Positions 53,550 through 63,822 are shown, counted from the stretch's first letter. The stretch: DNA of 64,000 bases from Basidiobolus meristosporus CBS 931.73 (GCA_002104905.1 MCFE01000183.1:76812-140811), one strand, 5' to 3'. A program made the numbers and translations. The notes: a model not told the origin generated them from the sequence alone.

Positions 53550-55366
53550 GCTTGATAAACTAACCTAACTGATATTTTATTCTATTTTATAATGTTCTAT
53601 CTTTGATTAATGATTAATTGCACCCTATTTTATATTAACCTAACTGTTGAACAATACATGGTTATACAACTTACATATTATCCTAGTTTTGATCTGTGTA
53701 CGCATTTAATGAGGTCCTGATATTATCCTGCTCCACTATTTAGCATTCATACATATGATTTTCTATCAATTAAAATATCATAAAGCAAATTAACAAGCAC
53801 AAGAATGACTATCTAATATAAAGCTAACTTGTAGGCTCATCTACTATGGCTAAAATTTAAGTACATTAGACTTGTTATCTTTTGTTGTGTTAGATCATTC
53901 TTAGCATGCTACACTCCAGATAGTTCTTGAGCATTTCAGAGCATTCATCATTTTTCTGTTGCTTGTTCTATGCTGAACTTTACAATTATCTTTAATCAAC
54001 TTATAGTACATTACATTTTGTTCTGCTTCTATACTTCTCCATACCTTACCCTATCTGACTCTCTTGATAGAAATATTGGAAAATACAAATACACTGTAGT
54101 AAATGATATTTGAGCTATTTCTTGATATGCATTTTTGCCAGATTTGACAAAATTAACTTAATGATCAGAGCATAATCAAGTGATTTGAAATGATGTGGCA
54201 TGCTCATATTGTGGTGGATTTTGTAATTGCACCAAAATGCTTACCAAATTTGGTTCTTAGATCATAGACTACAGATCTAAAAGAAATATCACTAAATTAC
54301 TAGTCAGGATTTAATTGCAATATTTTGCCAATATCATCAGGTATCTAGCCCATGTAGTATCTCCAAGCTATGCAAACCACCTCTGGCTTAGCACACATGC
54401 TCTTGATACCTCCTCTAAGCACAATACATATGTTTGCTCTGAATTATCATATAAATGTATAGCCACCTCCTTTACACCTAAGAGATCATCAAGTGAAAGC
54501 CATTGAGTTTATTTGCTCACCTAATCATTTCTAACATCCTCCAAACCCTAACTTTGAGTTGTGTGCCCTAAGCTGCTGCTATATGGTCTATCTACTACCA
54601 TTATTACTTTGATTTTTCCCTTGGCCAAAAAGCTGGATAGAACTAGAAACTAAGTCTGGAAGGCAACAATGAATGTGGTGATACAGGAAATGGGCCGTTA
54701 AGACTTATCATAGCATTAAGACTTCTTCTTCAGCACCTTCAGGAGGGCATTTCATCTCACATAACAGTATCCCAAAGTTGGAACCCTATTGGATTCTCAG
54801 CTGGCATTTCTGCAGGTATTTTGGCAGAATATTGTTGGATTGGGGAGGATAATTATCACTAAAGGGTGGAACCTTTATTTATATCATAAATAATGAACCA
54901 AGTTTGAATATGAATATCTGAGATGCAGAAAGCATACAAGATAAACTTGGACTTTGCTGTTTCCTAAATATCCTCAATTTCATAGTCTTGAGGAGAATAT
55001 AGCAATACTGCATATTCACCATGGAGTTTCTTAGAGGAAGTTTGTGACTTGAAGGGAAGGACAATTCTTCAACAAGCTAGTATATCTTTTGAGAAGTTCT
55101 ATTCCCAGAGAGAATGGTACAAAGAGTGGAAATTCTAAATGATGTTTGAACACTGTGCTCTGAAAGCTTCCCAATCCAGCATATTCTTGACTTCTTCTGC
55201 AAAATCTTCAACAATATCCTTTTCAAGAATAACCTCTAAGAGATCCATGGCAGTGTACAGAATGCATATAATATTAGGTATATGAATACCTTGATCCTTG
55301 GGGTGTTTTCTTTGTTCTAGTATTGCAAGATAAGAGTTTGGGGGATGATAATCACCAAATTGTTAA

Positions 55367-55510
55367 GGGAGACAGTCACCTACAGGTGAAATCTTTATTT
55401 CAACTGAAGCAAAGAAGCCAGCTCTACTGTGGTAGCTTTAATAGAAGAGTGTGTAGCTGAGGGGAATCTGTAGGTAAATCTATAAGGAGAGACAATGATT
55501 CTTCAGTGCT
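55367..55510 (-). mobile_element. Old diverged 3' terminus of the telomeric LINE (type A)
   Basis: gggAGACAGTCACCtacaGGTGAAATC..GAAGCCAGC..GTGTAGCTGAGGGGAAT, diverged from 56394-56530. Confidence 0.85.
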
Positions 55511-56117
55511 TGTTGTATCCAAAAGAAAAGTGTAATAAAATGTTTGAATGAGTTAACTGAGCCTAAGTGACAACTAAGTGCAGAATCTTAGAATTGTCAA
55601 GAGTGACAGAAATATTAGCAGGGAGGTTCTGGTCTAACATTTGTGTTATATAGAGCTGTGTTGGGCTATAAAGGCAACAGAGTAGGTTTGCTATGCAGGC
55701 TAGGCTTAGTGTTCTTGAGAGTGCTAGATATGCTAAGCTTGGGAAGAAATTAGAATGGATTTGTTGAATTCCTAATTTTGTTGAGACATGCACTAAACCA
55801 AAATGTTCAGTAAACTTTATTTATACTTTTCTGATTGAGTTGCATTAGTAAGCGCCAAGAGACTGGACTAATTGAAATCTGTTGGGGTGTTGATAGGTGC
55901 ATAAGATAGATGAAAAAATGCATCATTAATCAGCTGATGTCTTGGCAACTGCTAAGTAGTTGGATAAATCTCAGATGACTAATCACTTGGAAAGGATTAG
56001 CAGATCAGTTGAGGACATAATGTCCACATGTAAATTGATCAGGTGTGACAGCTAAATATTGATTCTGAGAAGTGATAAAATAAACCATAACAGGGATTAG
56101 TTATGCTTGGGTTAGGG

Positions 56118-56301
56118 AAAATCAGTTAGGGTACTATATTTTCTAACAGAGTGATATTGGCCAATTTTTAAATGTTGATGCACAACAGTGCTCAAGAAAC
56201 AGTTCAGTGAGAAAAGGGGTAGCAAGAGAGGCAAGAATGACTTGTGAACAACATTAATGAGGGGAATGTGATAAGGATTGATATTTATCATAAAGGGAGT
56301 G
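56118..56301 (-). mobile_element. Short fragment of the telomeric LINE ORF2 C-terminus with a different 3' end
   Basis: 56186-56301 matches 56530-56642. The proximal ~70 bp differ and are bounded by GGGTTAGGG (56109) and TTAGGG (56126). Confidence 0.75.
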
Positions 56302-56304
56302 TTA

Positions 56305-56382
56305 GGGGGGAGGAAAGTCACCAAGTGGTGAAATCTTTATTTACTTATGACAAGTATCTAAAGAAGCCAAGTTAATCTGAAG
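56305..56382 (-). mobile_element. Truncated noncoding partner element (type B terminus)
   Basis: G6-aggaaaGTCACCaagtGGTGAAATC..AAGAAGCCAAGTTAATCTGAAGT, near-identical to 60987-61052. Confidence 0.85.
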
Positions 56383-56447
56383 TTAGGGGGGGGAGACAGT
56401 CACCAACAGGTGAAATCTTTATTTCAGTTGAAACAAAGAAGCCAGCG

Positions 56448-59216
56448 CTACTGTTGTAGCTTTGATACAAGAGTGTGTAGCTGAGGGGAATTTGTAGGTA
56501 AGTTAATAAGAAGTGATGATAGTTCTTCAGTGCTCAAGACACTGTTCAGTGGGAAGGGGGGTAGCAAGAGAGGTAAGAATGACTTGTGAACAACATTAAT
56601 GAGGGGAATGTGATAAGGATTGATATTCATCATAAAGGGAGTGTGCTGCTGCAGATATTGCTGCCAAAGGTCTGTCAAGTACTTCAGGTAGGCCAGCTTG
56701 GGTTTTTCTGACTGCAGAATATAGTGAGCAAACTTCTTGACTTCAGGATCTCCAAGTATAGTTCTCCAGCAGGAGTCAGGTGTTGTGTGGTGTGTTCTCT
56801 TCCAGGCCGTAATCAGTGGGTTGTTGCAGTTGTGAAGTCTGAGGTATAATCTGGTTCTAAGGTAGAGAAGTCTGATCTTATGGGGCATAAACCCAAAAGC
56901 ACCAAGAATAGCATGTCTGTAGGGGCATTCAGGCAAATGAGGCACCAAGGAGGTAATGCACCATACTGCAAACTTGTCAAGCTTAGTGCAGTCTCTAGAA
57001 GTAAGAGAGAGAAGTGGTAAGCCAAATTCCAGGACAGGGAAGACAAACTGCTTGAGTAGAAGGAGGCAGCTGGGAGCTGAAGTTGTAGGAGGAGTAACAG
57101 CCAGTAGCTTGTGGAGTGCCTGTCTTGCCAGGATAATTCTCTTCTTCTGGTGTGCTCCAGAGTCTAGTCCAGTAGGAAGGAAAGGAAAGCTAAGATATGT
57201 AGCAGAAACCTGAGCAGGTAGAGTGGAGTTCTCCAAGTTGATGGGAGAGCCCAAAGGTACTGTCTTTGCAATGGAAAGCTGGAGATTATTCTTCTGCAGA
57301 TACTGGTGGATGGTCTGGGAGTCTTGTTGCACATTGGAGGAGGATATTCTGATGTCATCAGCAAAGAGAGTAACCAGGCAGTCAGCTGAGAGTCTTGGGA
57401 AATCATTCAGGAAGATGGCAAACAGTATAGGACCAAGCACAGAGCCTTGAACCACTCCATTAGGAACTGAGAAAACAGCTGATTGCTCACTTGGGTGCAG
57501 AATTCTTGCTTGTGGATCCAGAAACAGAGACCTGACAAGGAGGGTGAGAGAGGTACTGGAGAAGCATTGCAACTTGGACCAAAGCAGATTTCTGTCAACT
57601 GAATCAAAGGCCTTAGTAATATCAAACAGAACAGAGGGATACTTGCACTGGAGAGAGTGATCTTGGCTAAGTATGACTGCATATTCCAAGGAGAGGCCAG
57701 GAACAAAGCCAAACTGTGCAGGATGAAACTTGAGAGAGTCAGAGTAGAGCTCCTGAGCAAGCAGAAGCTCAAACACCTTTCTGCAGGTGGGCAGCAGAGA
57801 TATTGGCCTGTAGGAGCTAGGATCCAGGTGCTTTCCTTTACCCTTGTACAGTGGCAGAACATTTGCAAAGGACCATTCCTCAGGAGTAGAAAGCTGGGCT
57901 GAGCATTGCTGAAACAGTGGAAGCAGAAGTGCAGACATGGCCTTGGTACTAGTCTTCAGAAGCTCATAGGAGATTGTGTCCACACCTGGAGCAGTAGAGT
58001 TGGGAAGCCTCTTGAGCACATTATGGATTCTCCTTTGATCAAGTGCAAGTGGGATGGGCAGAGTCTTGAAGTCAGGATGAAAGCCAGGAGTTGAGTACTG
58101 CTTTGTAGAGAAGAAGATGTTAGCCAGCTGTTCTGTTGAAGGTAACTTCCTGGAAGAGGGCCTCATTGCCCTGTAGAGTCTTGATACTGTTCTTGTTATA
58201 GAGTTGGAAGATTGCAGAGGCAAGGAACTCATAATATGATCCCAGAGCTGAGTATGCAGAGTGTGGTGAATTGCCTTGGAGTGGTGTATTGCTGTCAGGA
58301 GGAGTTTCTCTGTTTTTGGGTTAGGGAAGCTCAGGTAGCTTTGTTGCAGGGCTGAAACAATGGATTCCCATTTTCTTGAGGTAACAGCAGTAGTCTTGCA
58401 TGGCAGTGAGAGGGAGGCAGACACCAGAATAAGATGCTTCACAAAGAGCCAGGCAAAGTTGAGATCATCTGGCAGAGAAAGTAGCAAACTGGCAAGCTTC
58501 AAGTAGTTCCCAAAGTCTTTCTTCTGATTCTTGGTAGCTTTGTGGGTGAGCACAGTAAGTTTTGGCAGCTTCTTCTTCACAACTGGTTGCATAGAAAGGG
58601 ACCAGGCTGGGTGGTCAGAGGCTCTCAAGGATCCTAGCTCAGCTCCAGAGAATTGCTTAACTTCATTCACAAAGTAGAGGGCAGCAGCAGAAGGGCAGAT
58701 CCAGTCAACACATCTTTTCTCAGATTGAGCACCTAGTGGTAGCAGGTGGCTTTCTCTCAGGAAGTTCAGTAGGAATGTACACCTTGGCTTCATTCTTGCA
58801 GTCAGAGTAGTCTTGTTCTCAGGATGGGGAATGTTGAGATCTCCAAGCAAGATAACAGGTGTTGATATAGATTGTTGGTATTGCTGAACCTTCTGGCATA
58901 TAACTTGCACTTCCTGAAGGGCTAGACTTGGAGGCAGATAGCAGAGCACCAGACTGATAGTTGGCAACTGGAGAGCAGCACAGTAAGGGGAGTAAAGAGG
59001 AACACAGAGCTGAGGAGTATTGATGGTAGAAGAGATGAAGCAGATAGAGGAGGTATTCTTTGTTCTAGGAGTAGAAAAGCAATATAGATTAGTCAAAAGT
59101 ATAGAGGGTAGCTGGACATCAATCAAACACAGGAGGGAAAATCTTGAAAGAAGTCTCTCTAGAGTTGGTCTTGATGGCTGTATGCTGTTGCAGTTAAGCA
59201 ACAGAACTTCAGGTAG
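56448..59216 (-). CDS. LINE ORF2: APE/EEP endonuclease + reverse transcriptase
   Basis: EVLLLNCNS, CYLPP, LLGDLN, VDWI, SDH; YRPISLL, QFGF, DITKAFDSV, GVVQGSVLGP, FADD, KT. No RNase H or CCHC seen. The frame opens directly after the ORF1 stop. Confidence 0.95.
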   Translation of the reverse strand, partial: LPEVLLLNCNSIQPSRPTLERLLSRFSLLCLIDVQLPSILLTNLYCFSTPRTKNTSSICFISSTINTPQLCVPLYSPYCAALQLPTISLVLCYLPPSLALQEVQVICQKVQQYQQSISTPVILLGDLNIPHPENKTTLTARMKPRCTFLLNFLRESHLLPLGAQSEKRCVDWICPSAAALYFVNEVKQFSGAELGSLRASDHPAWSLSMQPVVKKKLPKLTVLTHKATKNQKKDFGNYLKLASLLLSLPDDLNFAWLFVKHLILVSASLSLPCKTTAVTSRKWESIVSALQQSYLSFPNPKTEKLLLTAIHHSKAIHHTLHTQLWDHIMSSLPLQSSNSITRTVSRLYRAMRPSSRKLPSTEQLANIFFSTKQYSTPGFHPDFKTLPIPLALDQRRIHNVLKRLPNSTAPGVDTISYELLKTSTKAMSALLLPLFQQCSAQLSTPEEWSFANVLPLYKGKGKHLDPSSYRPISLLPTCRKVFELLLAQELYSDSLKFHPAQFGFVPGLSLEYAVILSQDHSLQCKYPSVLFDITKAFDSVDRNLLWSKLQCFSSTSLTLLVRSLFLDPQARILHPSEQSAVFSVPNGVVQGSVLGPILFAIFLNDFPRLSADCLVTLFADDIRISSSNVQQDSQTIHQYLQKNNLQLSIAKTVPLGSPINLENSTLPAQVSATYLSFPFLPTGLDSGAHQKKRIILARQALHKLLAVTPPTTSAPSCLLLLKQFVFPVLEFGLPLLSLTSRDCTKLDKFAVWCITSLVPHLPECPYRHAILGAFGFMPHKIRLLYLRTRLYLRLHNCNNPLITAWKRTHHTTPDSCWRTILGDPEVKKFAHYILQSEKPKLAYLKYLTDLWQQYLQQHTPFMMNINPYHIPLINVVHKSFLPLLLPPFPLNSVLSTEELSSLLINLPTNSPQLHTLVSKLQQ

Positions 59217-60726
59217 TCAGGCAGAGGTTGTAGCTTCTTCAGAGGCAGCATTAACAATGTGACCTGCAGAGTCCCAGAGCTCTTCAAATGGTGCATCACT
59301 TAAGTCAGCAAGGAGGGAAATGGCATGGTTCTTGAGGAAGTATGCCACATCATAGGAGGGGGCTTGTCTCTTGATGGCAGCAAAGAAAGACAGAATGGCA
59401 ACATGGGCTGGAGGCTTGTTGAACAGTAGAGAGTCAGAGGATTCAGATTCTTCAGGCACTATCTTGAAGTCAGTTTTCAGCCAGTTAAGGTTCTTCTCCA
59501 CAAAGGCAACAAATGGGTCAGCAATGTTTTGGTCTAGGATAACCTCCAGAATCTTCCCTTTTCTCCAGGCCAGGTTGACAATTCTTGAGAGCTGAATATT
59601 GCATGCCTTGAGTGCTTTCCTGATGTTGGAAATGGGGGTCCAGGGAACTTGCTTCAAGTACACCACAGTCCAGGTAGAAGCTGGTGGTAGGTTTGTTGGG
59701 GGCTTGTAAGTCCTTCTGTGTTGCAATGGGGCTGCAGTAGTCAGATTGGAGTCCACATTCTCAGTAGAAGGTTTTCTTGATGTGTCTTGCTGAATAGTAC
59801 TGGAGCTGGATGTGCTGATAATTCTTGCTAGAACCTTGCCTGCATAAGTCTGAGGTATAGCTGAGGTGACTGTAGAGGTGGTGGCAGCTGGTGCAGGTGG
59901 AGAGGCAGAGACTGAAGCAGGAACTGAGGTCACCTGGGAGAAGGCAGTAGAAGCAGGTTTTCTGGGAGGAACAGAGTTCACTATCCAGTTGTTCTGTAAA
60001 ACACTGGAGTAGCTTTTCTGTGGAACAGGATCTTGCTCTTGAACAGGAACAGAAGCAGGAGGCTGGGGCTGAGCAGTAGTGGTAAGGCAGTGGCACTCCA
60101 AGGAAGCTTTTTGCAAGGCATCTCTGGCAGTTTTCAGGGCAGTATTGGCTTCATTCTTGAGCTTCTTGCATTGGGCATCCAGTCTCTTGTTTTCAATAGC
60201 CAGGGCAGTATTGGCAGCCTCTAAATCAGCAATTCTCTTCTCAATTGCAAGGAATCTCTGAAGATAATGCATCAGTAGAAGTGCTGGCATCTGGGAGAGC
60301 AGTGGCAGGAATAGAGTCCATTGACAGTGGGCTTCTTGGAGGCAAGGAAAGTGGACTGGCAGATTCAGGCACAAAAGGAGATATCCTGGCAGGAGGAGAA
60401 GGAGTATCCAAGGCAGTAACAGAGGCAATTCTTGTTGGTGAAGCAGCAGCAGGGGAGGCAAGCCTGTTCAGAAACTGGGCAGGAGAGAGTGCTTGAGGAG
60501 AGGGAGTCTTCAGCTTGCCAAGCATGTCTTCCATCAGAGTGATACCAATATTCCTGGTGCATTTGCAGAGAAAAGTAAGCATCCTGAGTCTGCCAGCTCT
60601 TCCATTCCTTCTGATAGTTCCTTTGTTTCCACAGTTGGGGCAAGAAATCTTCTTGACAGACTTGTCAAAGCAATCAAGAACCTTCCTTTCAGGTGTAGTG
60701 GGCTCCTGTTGAGGTTTTGGTGGCAT
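59217..60726 (-). CDS. LINE ORF1 (Zn-ribbon, Pro/Ser linker, coiled coil, RRM-like), broken by a 1-nt frameshift near 60255
   Basis: ATG 60726 MPPKPQQ..CPNCG..CKC; second frame FLAIEKRIADLEAANTALAIENKRL..; WTVVYLKQVPW..IRKAL.. Confidence 0.75.
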
Positions 60727-60963
60727 ATCCAGAGTTTCAGCTTCAAATTTCAATTTTTGAGATTTTTGGGTGATTTTTGATGGGCGGGATCAAAATAAGG
60801 GTTAGGGTTGCGCGCTGTGACTGCTTTTTACGATCGCAAGGTCAGATCCTAGGAAAAATAAAAATAGTTAGTAAAGGTGCTTTAATGGATGGATGGATGG
60901 ATTCGGAGTCAGATTCAATCAAAAAATCAAATCGTTGACTAATTTAAAGAGGAAAAATAAAAA

Positions 60964-60986
60964 TAGGGTTAGGGTTAGGTTAGGGG
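60964..60986 (+). repeat. Interstitial telomeric repeat tract at an element junction
   Basis: TAGGGTTAGGGTTAGGTTAGGGG. Confidence 0.95.
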
Positions 60987-61283
60987 AGAAGTCACCAAGT
61001 GGTGAAATCTTATTACTTATACAAGTATCTAAAGAAGCCAAGTTAATCTGAAGTAATTCCTAGAAAGCTAGTCTGAGAGATATCTTCCTGGTAAGCAGGT
61101 CTGAGAGTTGAGAAGCTGAGTGGTACTATATTCTAGTTAGCTAGGTCTGAGAGAGGTTCCTGGAAAGCCAGGCCTGAGAAGTGAGAATCTGAATATATCT
61201 GAGCTAAGTTATCATGGTTTGCGGTAGCTGAATTGTGCGAATGGCAGTAGACTGGGAACTGAGAATTCTGGCGATCACTGGCA
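60983..61283 (-). mobile_element. ~300-bp noncoding partner element (type B), internally repetitive
   Basis: Shares the hairpin terminus with type A; four degenerate copies resembling CTRGWAAGCYAGKYCTGAGA; no credible ORF. Confidence 0.75.
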
Positions 61284-61286
61284 TTA

Positions 61287-63331
61287 GGGGGGAGACAGTC
61301 ACCAACAGGTGAAATCTTTATTTCAGTTGAAACAAAGAAGCCAGCGCTACTGTTGTAGCTTTGATACAAGAGTGTGTAGCTGAGGGGAATTTGTAGGTAA
61401 GTTAATAAGAAGTGATGATAGTTCTTCAGTGCTCAAGACACTGTTGAGTGGGCAAGGGGGGTAGCAAGAGAGGTAAGAATGACTTGTGAACAACATTAAT
61501 GAGGGGAATGTGATAAGGATTGATATTCATCATAAAGGGAGTGTGCTGCTGCAGATATTGCTGCCAAAGGTCTGTCAAGTACTTCAGGTAGGCCAGCTTG
61601 GGTTTTTCTGACTGCAGAATAAATTCAGCAAACTTCCTGACTTCAGGATCTCCAAGTATAGTTCTCCAGCAGGAGCCAGGTGTTGTGTGGTGTGTTCTCT
61701 TCCAGGCCTTAATCAGTGGGTTGTTGCAGTTGTGAAGTCTGAGGTATAATCTGGTTCTAAGGTAGAGAAGTCTGATCTTATAGGGCATAAACCCAAAAGC
61801 ACCAAGAATAGCATGTCTGTAGGGGCATTCAGGCAAATGAGGCACCAAGGAGGTAATGCACCATACTGCAAACTTGTCAAGCTTAGTGCAGTCTCTAGAA
61901 GTAAGAGAGAGAAGTGGTAAGCCAAATTCCAGGACAGGGAAGACAAACTGCTTGAGTAGAAGGAGGCAGCTGGGAGCTGAAGTTGTAGGAGGAGTAACAG
62001 CCTAGTAGCTTGTGGAGTGCCTGTCTTGCCAGGATAATTCTCTTCTTCAGGTGTGCTCCAGAGTCTAGTCCAGTAGGAAGGAAAGGAAAGCCAAGATATG
62101 TAGCAGAAACCTGAGCAGGTAGAGTGGAGTTCTCCAAGTTGATGGGAGAGCCCAAAGGTACTGTCTTTGCAATGGAAAGCTGGAGATTATTCTTCTGCAG
62201 ATACTGGTGGATGGTCTGGGAGTCTTGTTGCACATTGGAGGAGGATATTCTGATGTCATCAGCAAAGAGAGTAACCAGGCAGTCAGCTGAGAGTCTTGGG
62301 AAATCATTCAGGAAGATGGCAAACAGTATAGGACCAAGCACAGAGCCTTGAACCACTCCATTAGGAACTGAGAACACAGCTGATTGCTCACTTGGGTGCA
62401 GAATTCTTGCTTGTGGATCCAGAAACAGAGACCTGACAAGGAGGGTGAGAGAGGTACTGGAGAAGCATTGCAACTTGGACCAAAGCAGATTTCTGTCAAC
62501 TGAATCAAAGGCCTTAGTAATATCAAACAGAACAGAGGGATACTTGCACTGGAGAGAGTGATCTTGGCTAAGTATGACTGCATATTCCAAGGAGAGGCCA
62601 GGAACAAAGCCAAACTGTGCAGGATGAAACTTGAGGGAGTCAGAGTAGAGCTCCTGAGCAAGCAGAAGCTCAAACACCTTTCTGCAGGTGGGCAGCAGAG
62701 ATATTGGCCTATAGGAGCTAGGATCCAGGTGCTTTCCTTTACCCTTGTACAGTGGCAGAACATTTGCAAAGGACCATTCCTCTGGAGTAGAAAGCTGGGC
62801 TGAGCATTGCTGAAACAGTGGAAGCAGAAGTGCAGACATGGCCTTGGTACTAGTCTTCAGAAGCTCATAAGAGATTGTGTCCACACCTGGAGCAGTAGAG
62901 TTGGGAAGCCTCTTGAGCACATTATGGATTCTCCTTTGATCAAGTGCAAGTGGGATGGGCAGAGTCTTGAAGTCAGGATGAAAGCCAGGAGTTGAGTACT
63001 GCTTTGTAGAGAAGAAGATGTTAGCCAGCTGTTCTGTTGAAGGTAACTTCCTGGAAGAGGGCCTCATTGCCCTGTAGAGTCTTGATACTGTTCTTGTTAT
63101 AGAGTTGGAAGATTGCAGAGGCAAGGAACTCATAATATAATCCCAGAGCTGAGTATGCAGAGTGTGGTGAATTGCCTTGGAGTGGTGTATGGCTGTCAGG
63201 AGGAGTTTCTCTGTTTTTGGGTTAGGGAAGCTCAGGTAGCTTTGTTGCAGGGCTGAAACAATGGATTCCCATTTTCTTGAGGTAACAGCAGTAGTCTTGC
63301 ATGGCAGTGAGAGGGAGGCAGACACCAGAAT
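61287..63331 (-). mobile_element. 5'-truncated telomeric LINE copy 2 (RT and C-terminus; 1-nt insertion near 62003)
   Basis: Near-identical to 56386-58430; starts after ATTAG-G6 and is truncated at CACCAGAAT. Confidence 0.95.
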
Positions 63332-63339
63332 CAGATTTA

Positions 63340-63822
63340 GGGGGGGGGAGACAGTCACCAACAGGTGAAATCTTTATTTCAGTTGAAACAAAGAAGCCAG
63401 CGCTACTGTTGTAGCTTTGACACAAGAGTGTGTAGCTGAGGGGAATTTGTAGGTAAGTTAATTAGAAGTGATGATAGTTCTTCAGTGCTCAAGACACTGT
63501 TCAGTGGGAAGGGGGGTAGCAAGAGAGGTAAGAATGACTTGTGAACAACATTAATGAGGGGAATGTGATAAGGATTGATATTCATCATAAAGGGTGTGTG
63601 CTGCTGCAGATATTGCTGCCAAAGGTCTGTCAAGTACTTCAGGTAGGCCAGCTTGGGTTTTTCTGACTGCAGAATATATTGAGCAAACTTCTTGACTTCA
63701 GGATCTCCAAGTATAGTTCTCCAGCAGGAGCCAGGTGTAGTGTGGTGTGTTCTCTTCCAAGCCTTAATCAGTGGGTTGTTGCAGTTGTGAAGTCTGAGGT
63801 ATAGTCTGGTTCTAAGGTAGAG
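63340..63822 (-). mobile_element. 5'-truncated telomeric LINE copy 3, capped by the telomere
   Basis: Near-identical to 56386-56869; starts after TTTAG-G9. Confidence 0.95.

Larger units (their letters stand above)
56386..60963 (-). mobile_element. Near full-length telomere-associated non-LTR retrotransposon (APE endonuclease + RT), ~4.6 kb
   Basis: ORF1 + ORF2; flanked by TTAG-G8 proximally and TAGGGTTAGGGTTAGG distally; no LTR, poly(A) or TSD. The exact 5' end (60797 vs 60963) is uncertain. Confidence 0.95.

Noticed and set aside
54500-55330. Degenerate coding-like sequence proximal to the array
   Set aside because: CpG-depleted and probably TE-derived, but I could not assign any motif; the same holds for 48200-49250 and 50900-52300.
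56448-59216. Penelope-like (Athena/Coprina), TERT-like or REL-type (MoTeR/Cnl1) identity for the telomeric element
   Set aside because: It has an N-terminal APE motif set (GDLN, SDH) and LINE-type RT motifs (YRPISLL, QGSVLGP), with no GIY-YIG or C-terminal REL/CCHC seen.
60240-60270. Firm call of programmed +1 frameshifting in ORF1
   Set aside because: No known slippery heptamer is visible and only one copy covers this region, so mutation or error cannot be excluded.
63332-63361. N-terminus MVTVSPPLNL of ORF 61895-63361 as a real start
   Set aside because: It is a chimeric read-through across the copy 3/copy 2 junction; the same applies to ORF 56112-56324.
55367-63380. Recurring hairpin motif as a CRISPR-like array
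   Set aside because: Spacing is irregular (80 bp to 4.6 kb) and the intervening sequences are homologous retroelement bodies in a eukaryotic chromosome.
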